This document shows positions 29,226 through 39,433 of a stretch of DNA of 63,974 nt, one piece after another. Location of the stretch: assembly GCA_964468605.1 (NCBI GenBank), contig CAYYKV010000001.1, positions 1-63,974 of the forward strand, in the 5' to 3' direction. The stretch is from an uncultured Terracidiphilus sp. (GTDB lineage Bacteria > Acidobacteriota > Terriglobia > Terriglobales > Acidobacteriaceae). How positions within the stretch are numbered: the stretch's first letter is position 1; every line of letters begins with the position of its first letter. The translations under genes and the position numbers were made by a program. The notes beneath the pieces were generated by a model, which saw only the letters and a program-made list of their open reading frames with translations, made no database searches and was not told where the DNA came from.

Positions 29226-30672
29226 CGCGCCGGCGATCACCGCAAATTCGCGTCCCCTCAAGGAGCGGATGCAGATTCCGCGCGTACAAATGCCGGAGCT
29301 CGATCCGCGACTACGCTCACATAACTTTGAGGAAGTGAACCGGGGATTGGCTGCTTCCGGCGCCGTGACAGAAGCCACACGCTGCATCGCCTGCGCCAGG
29401 CCCGGTTGCCAGGCGGATTGCCCGGTAGGCGTCAAGATCAAGGAGATTGTGGCGCTGATTGATTCTGGCGATTTTCTGGCCGCGGCCCGGAAGATGCGTG
29501 AGGACAATGCACTGCCAGCCATCACCGGCCGAGTGTGCCCGCAGGAGAGCCAGTGCGAGGGCGGTTGTGTGCTCGGCAAGAAGGGCGAGCCGGTAGCTAT
29601 CGGCAACCTCGAGCGGTTTATCGCCGATTTCGAGCGCGGTAGCGGCCGGCTCGGACTGCCGGCCATTGCTCCGCCCACGGGCAAGAGTGTAGCCGTAGTG
29701 GGCAGCGGCCCGGCGGGACTTTCAGCGGCCGGCGATCTGGTTCAGAAGGGCCACCGCGTACGCGTTTTTGAGGCGCTTCACGAGCTCGGCGGCGTCCTCG
29801 TCTATGGCATTCCCGAGTTCCGCCTGCCCAAGGCAATCGTGAAGGAAGAAGTCGACAATCTGCGACGCATGGGCGTGGAGTTCGAGACCAACGTGGTCGT
29901 GGGCAAGAGCGTGACGCTTGACGAGTTGATGCGCGTGGAGGGCTACGACGCGGTCTTTGTGGCCACCGGTGCTGGCCTGCCCGTTTTTCTTGGGCTTCCC
30001 GGCGAGCACCTGAATGGCGTCTACTCGGCCAATGAGTTCCTCACTCGCACCAATCTGATGCGCGCCTACAAGTTTCCCGAATTCGATCAACCAATTTACG
30101 ACTGCTGTGACCGCGATGTGATCGTTGTCGGTGGCGGCAACACAGCCATGGACGCAGTGCGCACCGTGCAGCGGCTTGGCGCAAAAACCGCGACGCTCGT
30201 CTATCGCCGCTCCGAAGCCGAAATGCCCGCTCGCGCCGAGGAAGTAAAGCACGCGCGCGAAGAGGGCATCGAGTTCCGCATGCTGACCAACCCGGTCGAG
30301 TTCCTCGGCAACGAAAATGGCTGGCTCACCGGCGCTCGTTGCGTGCGCATGGAGCTGGGCGAGCCCGATGCCGACGGACGCCGCCGCCCCGTACCGATCC
30401 CCGGCTCGGAGTTCGTGTTGCCGGTCAACGTAGCCATCATCGGCGTGGGAACAACCGCCAATCCGCTCATCCAGAGCACCACGCCGGATCTCGCGACCAA
30501 CAAGCGAAACTACATCGTGGCCGATCCCGAGACCATGCGGACTTCGAAACGCGGAGTCTTTGCCGGCGGCGACATTGTCACAGGCGGAGCCACCGTGATC
30601 CTGGCCATGGGAGCGGGACGCAAAGCCGCGAAAGCGATCGACGAGTATCTGAAGACCAGCGATTGGAGCTGA
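29218..30672 (+). CDS. nfnB: NfnB/SudA-like (GltD-homologous) large subunit
   Basis: RCIACARPGCQADCP; GRVCPQESQCEGGC; GSGPAG; YGIPEFRLPK; GGGNTAMD; overlaps the nfnA stop; no gltB nearby. Confidence 0.88.
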   Translation: MPDAPAITANSRPLKERMQIPRVQMPELDPRLRSHNFEEVNRGLAASGAVTEATRCIACARPGCQADCPVGVKIKEIVALIDSGDFLAAARKMREDNALPAITGRVCPQESQCEGGCVLGKKGEPVAIGNLERFIADFERGSGRLGLPAIAPPTGKSVAVVGSGPAGLSAAGDLVQKGHRVRVFEALHELGGVLVYGIPEFRLPKAIVKEEVDNLRRMGVEFETNVVVGKSVTLDELMRVEGYDAVFVATGAGLPVFLGLPGEHLNGVYSANEFLTRTNLMRAYKFPEFDQPIYDCCDRDVIVVGGGNTAMDAVRTVQRLGAKTATLVYRRSEAEMPARAEEVKHAREEGIEFRMLTNPVEFLGNENGWLTGARCVRMELGEPDADGRRRPVPIPGSEFVLPVNVAIIGVGTTANPLIQSTTPDLATNKRNYIVADPETMRTSKRGVFAGGDIVTGGATVILAMGAGRKAAKAIDEYLKTSDWS

Positions 30673-30691
30673 CGGATTACGTCTCTGCATC

Positions 30692-30732
30692 AAAAGAAAG
30701 GGCGGCAAAGCTTTCGCTCTGCCGCCGCCCTG
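30692..30732. terminator. Putative terminator between convergent nfnB and flagellin
   Basis: AAAAGAAAGGGCGGCA..TGCCGCCGCCC hairpin; U-tract on the minus strand. Confidence 0.6.
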
Positions 30733-30779
30733 TCCCTGGGTTGTCTTGAAGGTGCTGCAGTCTTGCGAAACCTTTCTGC

Positions 30780-32453
30780 TTATTGCAGGAGCTTGGTCAC
30801 TTCCTGCTGCACTTGGTTAGCCTGCGCTAATGCAGCGATGCCGGTCTGGCTCAGAATCTCGTACTTCGACATGTTCGAAGTTGCCGAGGCGTAGTCGGTA
30901 GCCTGGATCGCGTTCTGCGCCGAAACCACGTTCTCCTGCTGGGTGCTCATAACTTGGCTCAGCGAATTGAGAGTGTTGATCTGAGCGCCGATGTAGCCAT
31001 CCTGCGCAGCCACGTCGCTGATGGAAAGATTCAGCAGGTTCAGCGCGGATTGAGCGTTTGCCTGGTTGAGGAGGTTGGTGTTGCTCAGATCGTCGCCCGC
31101 GCTGTCGGAATAGCTCATGGTCGCGATGCCGCCTTGGCCGTTGGGGTCGGCAGTAAGGAGAGAGCTCACCGCCTGCCCGGTGGCCGCATCCTCCATGGTG
31201 GCTCCGCCCGCGGGATTGGTGACTCCAATCGAGTAAAACGCAGCCGCTGGAGTCCAGGTCGCGGCCGCGTTTCCGTCCGTCGTATCTTCCACGTTGGTGG
31301 GCACTATGGCCGTCTTGGAGCTTTCCGAAGTAAACGAGATGCTGGCATCCACGCCGGCACCGCCGCCGGTGTAAGTTGCCGTGATCCCGTAGCCGAGGCC
31401 GCTGATGTATGTGGCCAGAGCGTTCATCGTGGTGGGGACGCCACCCACCCCCAGAACCAGAGTGTGCGTCACGCCCGACGAGTCAGTGATTGCGAGACTC
31501 CCGGAGAGGACATCGCCGTCAGCACCGGCGCCAGCCACGGGTAGCGCCAGCGAGCCGAGTGAACCCGGCGCAACCCCGCTACCCACGCCTGCACCCGAGC
31601 CGGAGAGCTGGATGCCGGTATCGGTGCCGACGCCCGCAGCCACTGCCTGCTTGCCTGCCTGCGCTGCAGTAGAGAAGGTTGCGGTCAAGCCCAGGTTCGC
31701 GTTGTTGATGGCGCTAATCATGCCCGCGACCGTATCCGCGTATCCGGTGGCGCCGCCCACACTGATTTGGGCGGTTTGGGTGGCGACAGCGCCGCCCGCT
31801 CCCGTGGCCTGGTAATAGACGTTGAGCGTCGTTGTTCCATTGACGAAGGCATCGCCAAGCGTCGCATCTGTGCCGGCCTTCGACAGGTCGATAAACACGT
31901 TGCTCTGTCCGTTGCTATAGGACATTGTGCCGTTCGTGTCGCCCAGTGCCGAAGAAGACAAGGAGTGAATATTCAGGTCGTCGACCGACGAGCCCTCAGT
32001 CGAAGAGTCGCCAGTGTAAATGGATACTACCGTGCCGTCGAACACCTGCTCCTGGTTGTAGGTGGTGGTCGATCCAATGTTGGTGATCTCTGCCAGGATG
32101 GATTGATACTCCTGGTTTGCCGCACCCTCCTGGGTCGAATTGAGGGTCCCGTTTGAGGCTTCGGTAGCCAGCGTTACGGCGCGGTCGAGCAGGCTCGTCA
32201 CCTGCGACAGTGCGCCGTCTGCCACCTGAAGCAGACCTACGCCCTCCGTGGCATTGGTTCCTGACTGCGTCAGCGCAACCGAATTAGCCTCCAGTCCGTT
32301 GACCAGCGAAAGTCCGGCCGCATCGTCCGCTCCGGAGTTGATGCGCGACCCCGACGACAACTGCTGCAACACCGTCTGCAGGCTGGCGTTCGTGTTGTTG
32401 AGGTTGTTCTCAGCGTAGATTGCCGACAGATTGTTCAAAACACCGAGGGCCAT
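30780..32453 (-). CDS. fliC: Flagellin
   Basis: LSSGSRINSGADDAAGL; QVADGAL; C-terminal IQATDYA..ILSQTGIAALAQANQ..KLLQ; AAGGAG RBS. Confidence 0.95.
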   Translation of the reverse strand: MALGVLNNLSAIYAENNLNNTNASLQTVLQQLSSGSRINSGADDAAGLSLVNGLEANSVALTQSGTNATEGVGLLQVADGALSQVTSLLDRAVTLATEASNGTLNSTQEGAANQEYQSILAEITNIGSTTTYNQEQVFDGTVVSIYTGDSSTEGSSVDDLNIHSLSSSALGDTNGTMSYSNGQSNVFIDLSKAGTDATLGDAFVNGTTTLNVYYQATGAGGAVATQTAQISVGGATGYADTVAGMISAINNANLGLTATFSTAAQAGKQAVAAGVGTDTGIQLSGSGAGVGSGVAPGSLGSLALPVAGAGADGDVLSGSLAITDSSGVTHTLVLGVGGVPTTMNALATYISGLGYGITATYTGGGAGVDASISFTSESSKTAIVPTNVEDTTDGNAAATWTPAAAFYSIGVTNPAGGATMEDAATGQAVSSLLTADPNGQGGIATMSYSDSAGDDLSNTNLLNQANAQSALNLLNLSISDVAAQDGYIGAQINTLNSLSQVMSTQQENVVSAQNAIQATDYASATSNMSKYEILSQTGIAALAQANQVQQEVTKLLQ

Positions 32454-32562
32454 GGGGTCAACTCCTTCTCGGATGCCGCGTGGTCCGCAAATCCGTTGGC
32501 GCCTCGTTGGTCTTGCCAAAGCCGCCATCACTTCCGGATGGGCCTGTTCGCATCCACCCCCT

Positions 32563-32589
32563 TCATCGGTCCATGCCGAAATAACTTTA
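32563..32589 (-). promoter_or_regulatory. Sigma-28 (FliA) promoter of flagellin
   Basis: Minus strand TAAAGTTA-N11-ACCGATGA versus consensus TAAAGTTT-N11-GCCGATAA. Confidence 0.8.
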
Positions 32590-32850
32590 GTCATCTCCTT
32601 CAAGTTTTTTTCGAGCCTCGGTTGTTTCGCTGTGATTCAAGGTGTCGCCCGGACGAACAAACGCTGTCGCAGCTCGCTCCAGTCGCTGTCTCGATGCTGT
32701 GCACCTGTTTGTCTCGCTTCGAGGCAATGTGTCCACAGGTCTCGCCTCGCCCTCAGGGCGCTCTCTTGTTCATTTCAGAACTCAGAGACGCAGAAGCATC
32801 ATGCTCTCCGGCGTTTGCCGAAAGGCCTGAGCCAATGTGGTGATTGCCGT

Positions 32851-34104
32851 CTACGCTAGTTCCTTGCGCGTTGGTTTGTGCCCCCACAGGCCGTAGTAGG
32901 CCACGTAGAGATAACCGACGATGGGAATGATGAATGCGTACTGGATGCTCGTCTTGTCGGCCAGCAGCCCAAACAAGGGCGGGATCACAGCGCCTCCAAC
33001 ATTGCCAATGGTCAGCACGCCCGAGCCTTTGCTGGTAAGCGGCCCCAGCTCCGCCACGCCCAGCGCAAAGATGGTTGGGTACATGATGGAGTTGGCCAGC
33101 CCGGTCAGCACAAGGCACGCGATGGCCACGGTTCCATGGGTGGACATTGCGGCGCACAGCAGCGCAACACCACAGAGGCCCAGAAGGACGAGCAATTTAT
33201 CTGCCTTGATCCAGACCATGATGACGCTGCCGAGCAGGCGACCGATCATCATGCCGAGGTAAAACAGGCTGACCATCAGGCTGGCGGTCTCAACCTTTGT
33301 CATGCCTTGGCTGAGACAGAACTGAATCATGATCGATGCCAGAGCGATCTCCAGTCCGACATAAAAGAAGATGCCCACCATGCCGAGCACCGTGTGCGAA
33401 TAGTTCCAGATGCTGCGCTCAACGGCCGGGCCACCGCTCGTGCCGGGAAGAGGCTCGCTCGTCATGGTAATGGCCGGCAGGTGCAGCATCATCACCGCGA
33501 AGGCCAGCAGCAAGAGTGTGATGGCAATCGCGATGTAGGGCCCCTCGAGCATATGGGCGGTGGCGGCTGGGTCTAACGTTATTTTCGGATCGGTAAGGAT
33601 GAAAATGCCCGCGACCCACGGAGCGGCGAGTGAACCGATGGAGTTGACGGCTTGCGCCAGCGTAAGCCGCGCGGGGGCGCTGCGCTCCGGCCCGAGAATC
33701 GAGACATATGGATTGGCCGAGGTCTGAAGCCCGCACACGCCCGAGGCCAGCACAAAAATGGCAAAGAGCGTCATGTGGAAGCTGACCATGTTGGCTGCCG
33801 GAATAAAGAGCAGCGCACCCGCCACCATGACAAACAGCGAGATGACCATGGTGCGCTTGTAGCCCACCGCCTCGATCACTTTGGCGGCGGGGACCGAGAA
33901 GACAAGATAAGCGAAGAACCATGCTGCCGTGGCCAGCATGGCCTCGCCATGCCCCAGCCGGAAAACCGCCTCCAGCTTGGCCACCAGCACGTTGTTCAGG
34001 CTGGTCAGGAAGCCGAAGATTCCGAACAGAATAGCGACCGTGATGAACGGTCCGGTGTAATTGGGCGTGGTGGTCGCGGCCGCGGGATTCGAGCGTGTTG
34101 CCAT
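32851..34104 (-). CDS. MFS sugar transporter, GluP/FucP (fucose:H+ symporter) family
   Basis: About 12 TM segments; LQTSANPYVSILG..RLTLAQ; IFFYVGLE; NSIMYPTIF. Confidence 0.9.
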   Translation of the reverse strand: MATRSNPAAATTTPNYTGPFITVAILFGIFGFLTSLNNVLVAKLEAVFRLGHGEAMLATAAWFFAYLVFSVPAAKVIEAVGYKRTMVISLFVMVAGALLFIPAANMVSFHMTLFAIFVLASGVCGLQTSANPYVSILGPERSAPARLTLAQAVNSIGSLAAPWVAGIFILTDPKITLDPAATAHMLEGPYIAIAITLLLLAFAVMMLHLPAITMTSEPLPGTSGGPAVERSIWNYSHTVLGMVGIFFYVGLEIALASIMIQFCLSQGMTKVETASLMVSLFYLGMMIGRLLGSVIMVWIKADKLLVLLGLCGVALLCAAMSTHGTVAIACLVLTGLANSIMYPTIFALGVAELGPLTSKGSGVLTIGNVGGAVIPPLFGLLADKTSIQYAFIIPIVGYLYVAYYGLWGHKPTRKELA

Positions 34105-34194
34105 AATGAGTCTTCCTCCGCCGGGTTCAAAGAAAACGGCTTGAACGGGTCCGCAAACACTCTATCCAGCGTGGCTGCTCACGTCCAGTGGAAA

Positions 34195-34210
34195 ATGAAA
34201 AGGTTTTCAT
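34195..34210. promoter_or_regulatory. LacI-family-type operator palindrome
   Basis: ATGAAAAGGTTTTCAT about 90 bp upstream of the sugar transporter. Confidence 0.6.
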
Positions 34211-34275
34211 CCGGTCTCCCCTGAATAGCCAGTCCAAAAGCCTGCTGCATGCAATGCCATTTACACTGGAATTGC

Positions 34276-35322
34276 ATGATTCCCACCCTCACATGGACCC
34301 CTGAGGGCGTCCGCTTCATCGATCAGACCAAGCTTCCGCTTGAAGAGAGCTACGTGCTCGCCACTACATACGAAGAGGTGGCTGAGATTATCGTCACCAT
34401 GGTTGTGCGCGGCGCTCCCGCCATCGGTGTCTCGGCGGCCTACGGCGTTGCGCTCGGCGCGAAAGACACCAAGGCGACCACGCCATTGGAGTTCGAACCA
34501 GAGTTCGAGGCGATCTGCGCGCGGCTCGCTGGCACACGCCCAACGGCCGTCAATCTCTTCTGGGCAATCGATCGCATGAAAGCGCTGTTTGCGAAGCTGT
34601 TGGCTTCAGGCACGCCCCTCGTCCAAATCCAGGAAGAAATTCTGGCCGAGGCAAATGCGATGTACGACGAAGACATTGCCGCCTGCAAAGCAATGGGCGC
34701 ATTTGGCGCGGAGCTGCTGCCGGACGAGGGCGGCGTTTTGACGCACTGCAATGCCGGTGCGCTGGCCACCTGCGGCTACGGAACCGCTCTGGGTGTGATT
34801 CGCGCCGCAGTCGAGCGCGGCAAGCGCATTCACGTTTATGCCGACGAGACGCGGCCGTTTTTGCAGGGAGCGCGGCTCACCGCGTGGGAGCTGATGGCCG
34901 ACGGCATTCCAACGACCGTCATCTGCGACAACATGGCTGCCAGCCTGATGCGGCAAGGAAAGATTCAAGCAGTGGTTGTCGGCGCGGATCGCATTGCCGC
35001 CAATGGCGACACGGCAAACAAGATCGGGACCTACAACGTCGCCATTCTGGCGCGCGAACACGGCATCCCTTTCTACGTAGCCGCCCCTTGGTCCACCATC
35101 GATCTCGCCACCGCGACCGGCGAGTCGATCCCCATCGAGGAACGCCCGGCGAGAGAAGTGACACACCACGGCGGCAAGCAACTCACGCCCAACGGTGTCG
35201 GCATCTGCAACCCTGCCTTCGACGTCACTCCGGCCAAATACATCGCCGCCATCATTACCGAGCGCGGAGCGCTGCGCGCGCCGTATGCGGATTCGCTGAA
35301 AGGAATGGAGCTCGTCAGCTAA
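34276..35322 (+). CDS. mtnA: S-methyl-5-thioribose-1-phosphate isomerase
   Basis: VRGAPAIG; RPTAVNL; [10 protein letters not shown]; [12 protein letters not shown]; NKIGTY; NPAFDVTP. Confidence 0.95.
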   Translation: MIPTLTWTPEGVRFIDQTKLPLEESYVLATTYEEVAEIIVTMVVRGAPAIGVSAAYGVALGAKDTKATTPLEFEPEFEAICARLAGTRPTAVNLFWAIDRMKALFAKLLASGTPLVQIQEEILAEANAMYDEDIAACKAMGAFGAELLPDEGGVLTHCNAGALATCGYGTALGVIRAAVERGKRIHVYADETRPFLQGARLTAWELMADGIPTTVICDNMAASLMRQGKIQAVVVGADRIAANGDTANKIGTYNVAILAREHGIPFYVAAPWSTIDLATATGESIPIEERPAREVTHHGGKQLTPNGVGICNPAFDVTPAKYIAAIITERGALRAPYADSLKGMELVS

Positions 35323-35343
35323 ATCGCAACTTCAATCGCATTT

Positions 35344-38004
35344 CTACGCAAACGTACGCACTTCGCTCGAAGTGCCTCCCGCCGCGGGAATGTAGCAGCC
35401 CAGTGTGTAGTCCATCACCATGCGGTCGGCGTTGAAGCGCCACCCCAGCGTCCGGATCGTCCGCTTCATGCGCCTGATCCAGCCCCGTGGCAGCCCATCG
35501 CGATCGCGCTGGTAGTAGAGTGGAATCACTTCGTCCACAAGCACGCGATATAGCGCCTCGCCATCGCGGCTGTCATGCACATCCATATTGGAGTGCGTTC
35601 TGCCGTTTCCGATGGCGAATCCATTCAGCCCGTCATAGGCTTCCGCCCACCAGCCGTCCAAAACTGAAAGGTTCAAACCGCCATTCAAAACGACCTTCAT
35701 GCCGCTCGTTCCCGAGGCTTCGAGTGGCCGTCGCGGATTGTTCAGCCACACGTCGACTCCCTGCACAATGTGGCGGCCAACATTAATGTCGTAGTCCTCA
35801 ATAAAGACGAACTTTTCGCCGAAGTCCGCGTGGCGCATCATCTGCGCGATCTGCTGCAACACTCTTTTTCCCGGCTCGTCGTGAGGATGCGCCTTGCCGG
35901 CGAAAACGAACTGAACCGGGCGCTTGGCATCGTTCACCATCGCAGCCAGCCGTTCCAAATCTTTCAGCAGAAGATTGGCGCGCTTGTACGTGGCGAATCG
36001 GCGTGCGAATCCAATGGTCAGTGCATCGGGCGAGAGTACCTTGTCCAAGCGCTTCAAGGCCTCGGCCGGTTCGCTGCGCCGTTCGGCCTGCTCGTGCGCG
36101 CGGCGTCTCAGGAAGTTAAAGAGCTGTCCTTTCAGGCTGAGGTGCGTCTCCCAAAGCTCGCCGTCGTCCACACTCTCGATGGCCGACCAGGTGTGCGCCG
36201 CTCCGCTCTGCCGCTGCCAGCCCACGCCAAGATGGCGATCATACAGCCGGCGCATCTGCGGAGCGAGCCACGACGGCACATGCACGCCATTGGTTACGTG
36301 GCCAATAGGCACCGCGTCCTCCGGCCCGTCCGGATACAGTCCTCGCCACATGGCACGCGACACTTCGCCGTGAAGTGAGCTCACTGCATTCACGCGCCGC
36401 GCCAGCTTCAGGCCCAGCACCGTCATGCAAAAGGTTTCCTGGAAGTCGGTGGGATGCTCCCGGCCAAAACCCATCAGGTTCTCGTGGGAAATGCCCAGCT
36501 CATCGCGCAACGGTCCAAGGTGCTCCTCGATCAGGTCGGGACTGAAGCGGTCGTGTCCCGCGGGCACCGGCGTGTGCGTGGTAAAGATCACTTCGCGTGG
36601 AATCTGGCGGGCAGCGGAGTAGAAGTCCAGTCCCTCCTCTTCCATGCGGCTGCGAATTGCTTCGAAGACCGCGAATCCGCTGTGGCCCTCGTTCAGATGC
36701 AGAACGCCCGGCGTGATGCCCATGGCTTTCAGCGCGCGATAGCCGCCCACGCCCAGCAGCAACTCCTGGCGAATGCGCGTGCGCGCGTCGCCGCCATAGA
36801 GGCGCGAGGTCGTCTCCAGATCCTCCGGCGCGTTGCCGGCCACGTTGGAGTCCAGCAGCAGCAGATCGCAACGGCCCACCTTGGCGCGCCATACTTTGGC
36901 GCGAATCGAGCTGCCGCGCGTGGCAATTTCCACCACCACCGGCTCGCCGTTAGCGCCGATGGCCTGTTGCATCGGCAGTTGATTCACGTCGGTCTGGAGA
37001 TATTCCTCACATTGCCAGGCTTCTTTGTCCAGCCGCTGCAGAAAGTAGCCCTGTCCGTAGAAAAGCCCCACCCCGATCAGCGGAATGTCCAGGTCCGATG
37101 CGCTCTTGATGTGGTCGCCCGCCAGCACTCCAAGGCCGCCGGAGTAGATCGGCAGCGACTCATGCAAGCCGAACTCCGCGGAGAAATACGCCACTGGCCG
37201 CGGCCTCAGCACGCCGGCGTGGCTGGCTCCCCAAGTGCGGTCGTCGTGAAGGTACTCCTGTTGACGCCGGAACGCGTAGTTGATGCGGCTGTGGAGCACC
37301 AACTCCGTGGCCCGCCGCTCGATTTCCGCCAACGGGATTTCGTTCAACAGTGCGATCGGATTCTGATTAAGCTGGCGCCAGCGCGCCGGATTCAGATCGC
37401 GAAACAGGCTGACGCACTCGTTGTCCCAGCTCCACCACACGTTGCGCGCCAGTTCCCACAACTTCTCCTGAGCCGGGGCGATGAAGCGGGCGAGGGTTCG
37501 CGCCTCGCTCACTACCGGCGCAACTTGGGCCGCCGCCTCCACTAGCATGCGAATTTCATTTTCGCGAAAGACTCTCTGGTCCTTGGTCTGCACTACCAGC
37601 ACGCCCTGCAGAACGCCGCGGTCGATCAACGGCACGCCGAGAAACGAGTGATACTCCTCTTCGCCCGATTCCTTGAAATATTTGTAGCGCGGATGCTCGC
37701 GTGCGTCTGGAACCGCCACGGGAACCAACTGCTCGGCGACCAGGCCGGAGAGCCCTTCGTTCAAGGGCATGCGCAGCGTGCCGATTGATCGCGGGTGAAG
37801 GCCCAGCGTGGCAGCGAGCACCAGGTTCGAACGGTCCGGCTCCAGTAAGTAGGCCGAGCAAACATCGGTCCGAAATCGCGTGGCAATCAGGGCCACCACG
37901 TTCATCAGCGTGTCGGCCGGCTTGCCCTCCTGTTCCGCCAGTGTGGTGATTTCCTCCAGTGTCAAAACCAGATTGGCGTCAGTGGATTCGCTGATTGGAG
38001 TCAT
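35344..38004 (-). CDS. glgP: Alpha-glucan (glycogen) phosphorylase with N-terminal GAF domain
   Basis: About 165-aa GAF (CSAYL..LAATLGL..EGLSGLVA..HPRYKYF..SFLGVP..GVLVVQ); YSGGLG; ARRFATYKR; EASGTSGMK. Confidence 0.92.
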   Translation of the reverse strand: MTPISESTDANLVLTLEEITTLAEQEGKPADTLMNVVALIATRFRTDVCSAYLLEPDRSNLVLAATLGLHPRSIGTLRMPLNEGLSGLVAEQLVPVAVPDAREHPRYKYFKESGEEEYHSFLGVPLIDRGVLQGVLVVQTKDQRVFRENEIRMLVEAAAQVAPVVSEARTLARFIAPAQEKLWELARNVWWSWDNECVSLFRDLNPARWRQLNQNPIALLNEIPLAEIERRATELVLHSRINYAFRRQQEYLHDDRTWGASHAGVLRPRPVAYFSAEFGLHESLPIYSGGLGVLAGDHIKSASDLDIPLIGVGLFYGQGYFLQRLDKEAWQCEEYLQTDVNQLPMQQAIGANGEPVVVEIATRGSSIRAKVWRAKVGRCDLLLLDSNVAGNAPEDLETTSRLYGGDARTRIRQELLLGVGGYRALKAMGITPGVLHLNEGHSGFAVFEAIRSRMEEEGLDFYSAARQIPREVIFTTHTPVPAGHDRFSPDLIEEHLGPLRDELGISHENLMGFGREHPTDFQETFCMTVLGLKLARRVNAVSSLHGEVSRAMWRGLYPDGPEDAVPIGHVTNGVHVPSWLAPQMRRLYDRHLGVGWQRQSGAAHTWSAIESVDDGELWETHLSLKGQLFNFLRRRAHEQAERRSEPAEALKRLDKVLSPDALTIGFARRFATYKRANLLLKDLERLAAMVNDAKRPVQFVFAGKAHPHDEPGKRVLQQIAQMMRHADFGEKFVFIEDYDINVGRHIVQGVDVWLNNPRRPLEASGTSGMKVVLNGGLNLSVLDGWWAEAYDGLNGFAIGNGRTHSNMDVHDSRDGEALYRVLVDEVIPLYYQRDRDGLPRGWIRRMKRTIRTLGWRFNADRMVMDYTLGCYIPAAGGTSSEVRTFA

Positions 38005-38305
38005 CGACTGCGTACACCTCGCGTATTGAGATGGAAAACTCGTGTCCCGCGCGGCGACCCAATCTGAAAAGCGTAAAACCGTGGGACGAAGACACGCGGT
38101 GGAACCGAGGCAACAGACTATTTTGACTTAAGGGAAATCCCGCGAATGTTTTCTGCGGGATTGATTCGACAATACCATACGCGCCGGGCGGCTTCGCCGC
38201 TGCGCAGACACAGCCTGCCGCAAACAGGGAGCCCGCGGGCACACCAATCTTGGCCAGAATCATGCGGTGCACCGTTACGGCGCGCTTGGTCAGTCTGCTC
38301 CAGAC

Positions 38306-38893
38306 TCAGCGATGGAACTGGAGATAAAATCCCGTAATCGCGACGCCCGCACCCACCGGCATCAAGACCAGACCAGCATCCTTGGCCTCACTGCAGCCGT
38401 GGCTTGAGGGGCTACAGTACCCAATGGATTGCTCAGTCGCAAAGAGGGCTATCCCGCTGACGAGTGCCGCAGTTCCAACAACGGCCAGCGCTATGCCCAG
38501 CCCATGATGCGAAGACTTGGCCTTCGCAACTGGAGGCTTGGCGGGAGCAGCGGTCGAAGGCGAGCTCTGTGAAGACGAGCTTTGGCCGCCGTCTTGCGCG
38601 ATCGAGAGGAGCGGATCTGTCGCCGAACTTACCAGGCTGGCCGTTTCCACGTTCGGAACTGGAGCCGATACCTCCTTTTCCGCTGGAGTCGCAGGCGTGG
38701 GGCTCGTCTGCGCGGTGGCGGGCGCGGCGTCTTGCGCGGGACCGGCAATGTCGCGGCCAAATCGCAACTGGGCAGCGCACTGGCTTGCAAAAAGGAGGGC
38801 GGCGCAAGCGAACGACGCCACCAGAATGGACCTGCAGAGGCGCACTTCCCCTCGGCTCAGCCGGATTTTGTTCAAAATGAGATGTAATCTCAT
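38306..38893 (-). CDS. Hypothetical exported/membrane protein
   Basis: GGAGG RBS; signal peptide; P/S/A-rich linker; two hydrophobic segments flanking a Cys pair. Confidence 0.65.
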   Translation of the reverse strand: MRLHLILNKIRLSRGEVRLCRSILVASFACAALLFASQCAAQLRFGRDIAGPAQDAAPATAQTSPTPATPAEKEVSAPVPNVETASLVSSATDPLLSIAQDGGQSSSSQSSPSTAAPAKPPVAKAKSSHHGLGIALAVVGTAALVSGIALFATEQSIGYCSPSSHGCSEAKDAGLVLMPVGAGVAITGFYLQFHR

Positions 38894-39016
38894 CGGGTGA
38901 CCTCCAGGCAGTTTTTGGGGACTTTCAGGGAACTGCCGCAAGTGTACTCCTGCAGCCAAAACCATCCCACAGGTTGTTTGCCAAGCCTTTACAGCGGCCC
39001 AACTGTCGGCGACCAT

Positions 39017-39382
39017 TCAGACTCTTGCCAACCGCGCCGCCATCACCGCAAAGATGGGAAACGTCAGATACACCAACCCGATCTCCGAAGAGTATCCAAG
39101 CGGCGTCATCTTCATAGGCCCGAAGGCGAACATCGGGTAGTCGCAGATCAAATTGATGGCAAGCCAAACAGTTCCTACCAGCGCGGCCTCGCGAACCGAA
39201 ACCGCCCGCTTGCGAAAGTACCAGGCCAGCAAAAAGCCCGCGGTCACCAGAACTACCAGGTACATCAGCGTGCTGAACAGCGGAGCGTTGGATTTCTTCA
39301 ACGGAAATAGGGCGAATCCGGCAACGAATGGGACAAACCAGCTCAACAGTCCAATTAGAAAGGCCCGAGTCCACGCTACCAT
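39017..39382 (-). CDS. Small 4-TM membrane protein
   Basis: Four hydrophobic segments; GGAGG RBS. Confidence 0.7.
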   Translation of the reverse strand: MVAWTRAFLIGLLSWFVPFVAGFALFPLKKSNAPLFSTLMYLVVLVTAGFLLAWYFRKRAVSVREAALVGTVWLAINLICDYPMFAFGPMKMTPLGYSSEIGLVYLTFPIFAVMAARLARV

Positions 39383-39433
39383 GGTTCCCTCCAAGGCAAG
39401 TCTGTCGCCTCCACTTTGAGAAGGCTAGAGATT

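Noticed and set aside
29218-30672. Glutamate synthase small subunit gltD
   Set aside because: No gltB nearby and coupled to an NfnA-type flavoprotein; NfnAB fits better.
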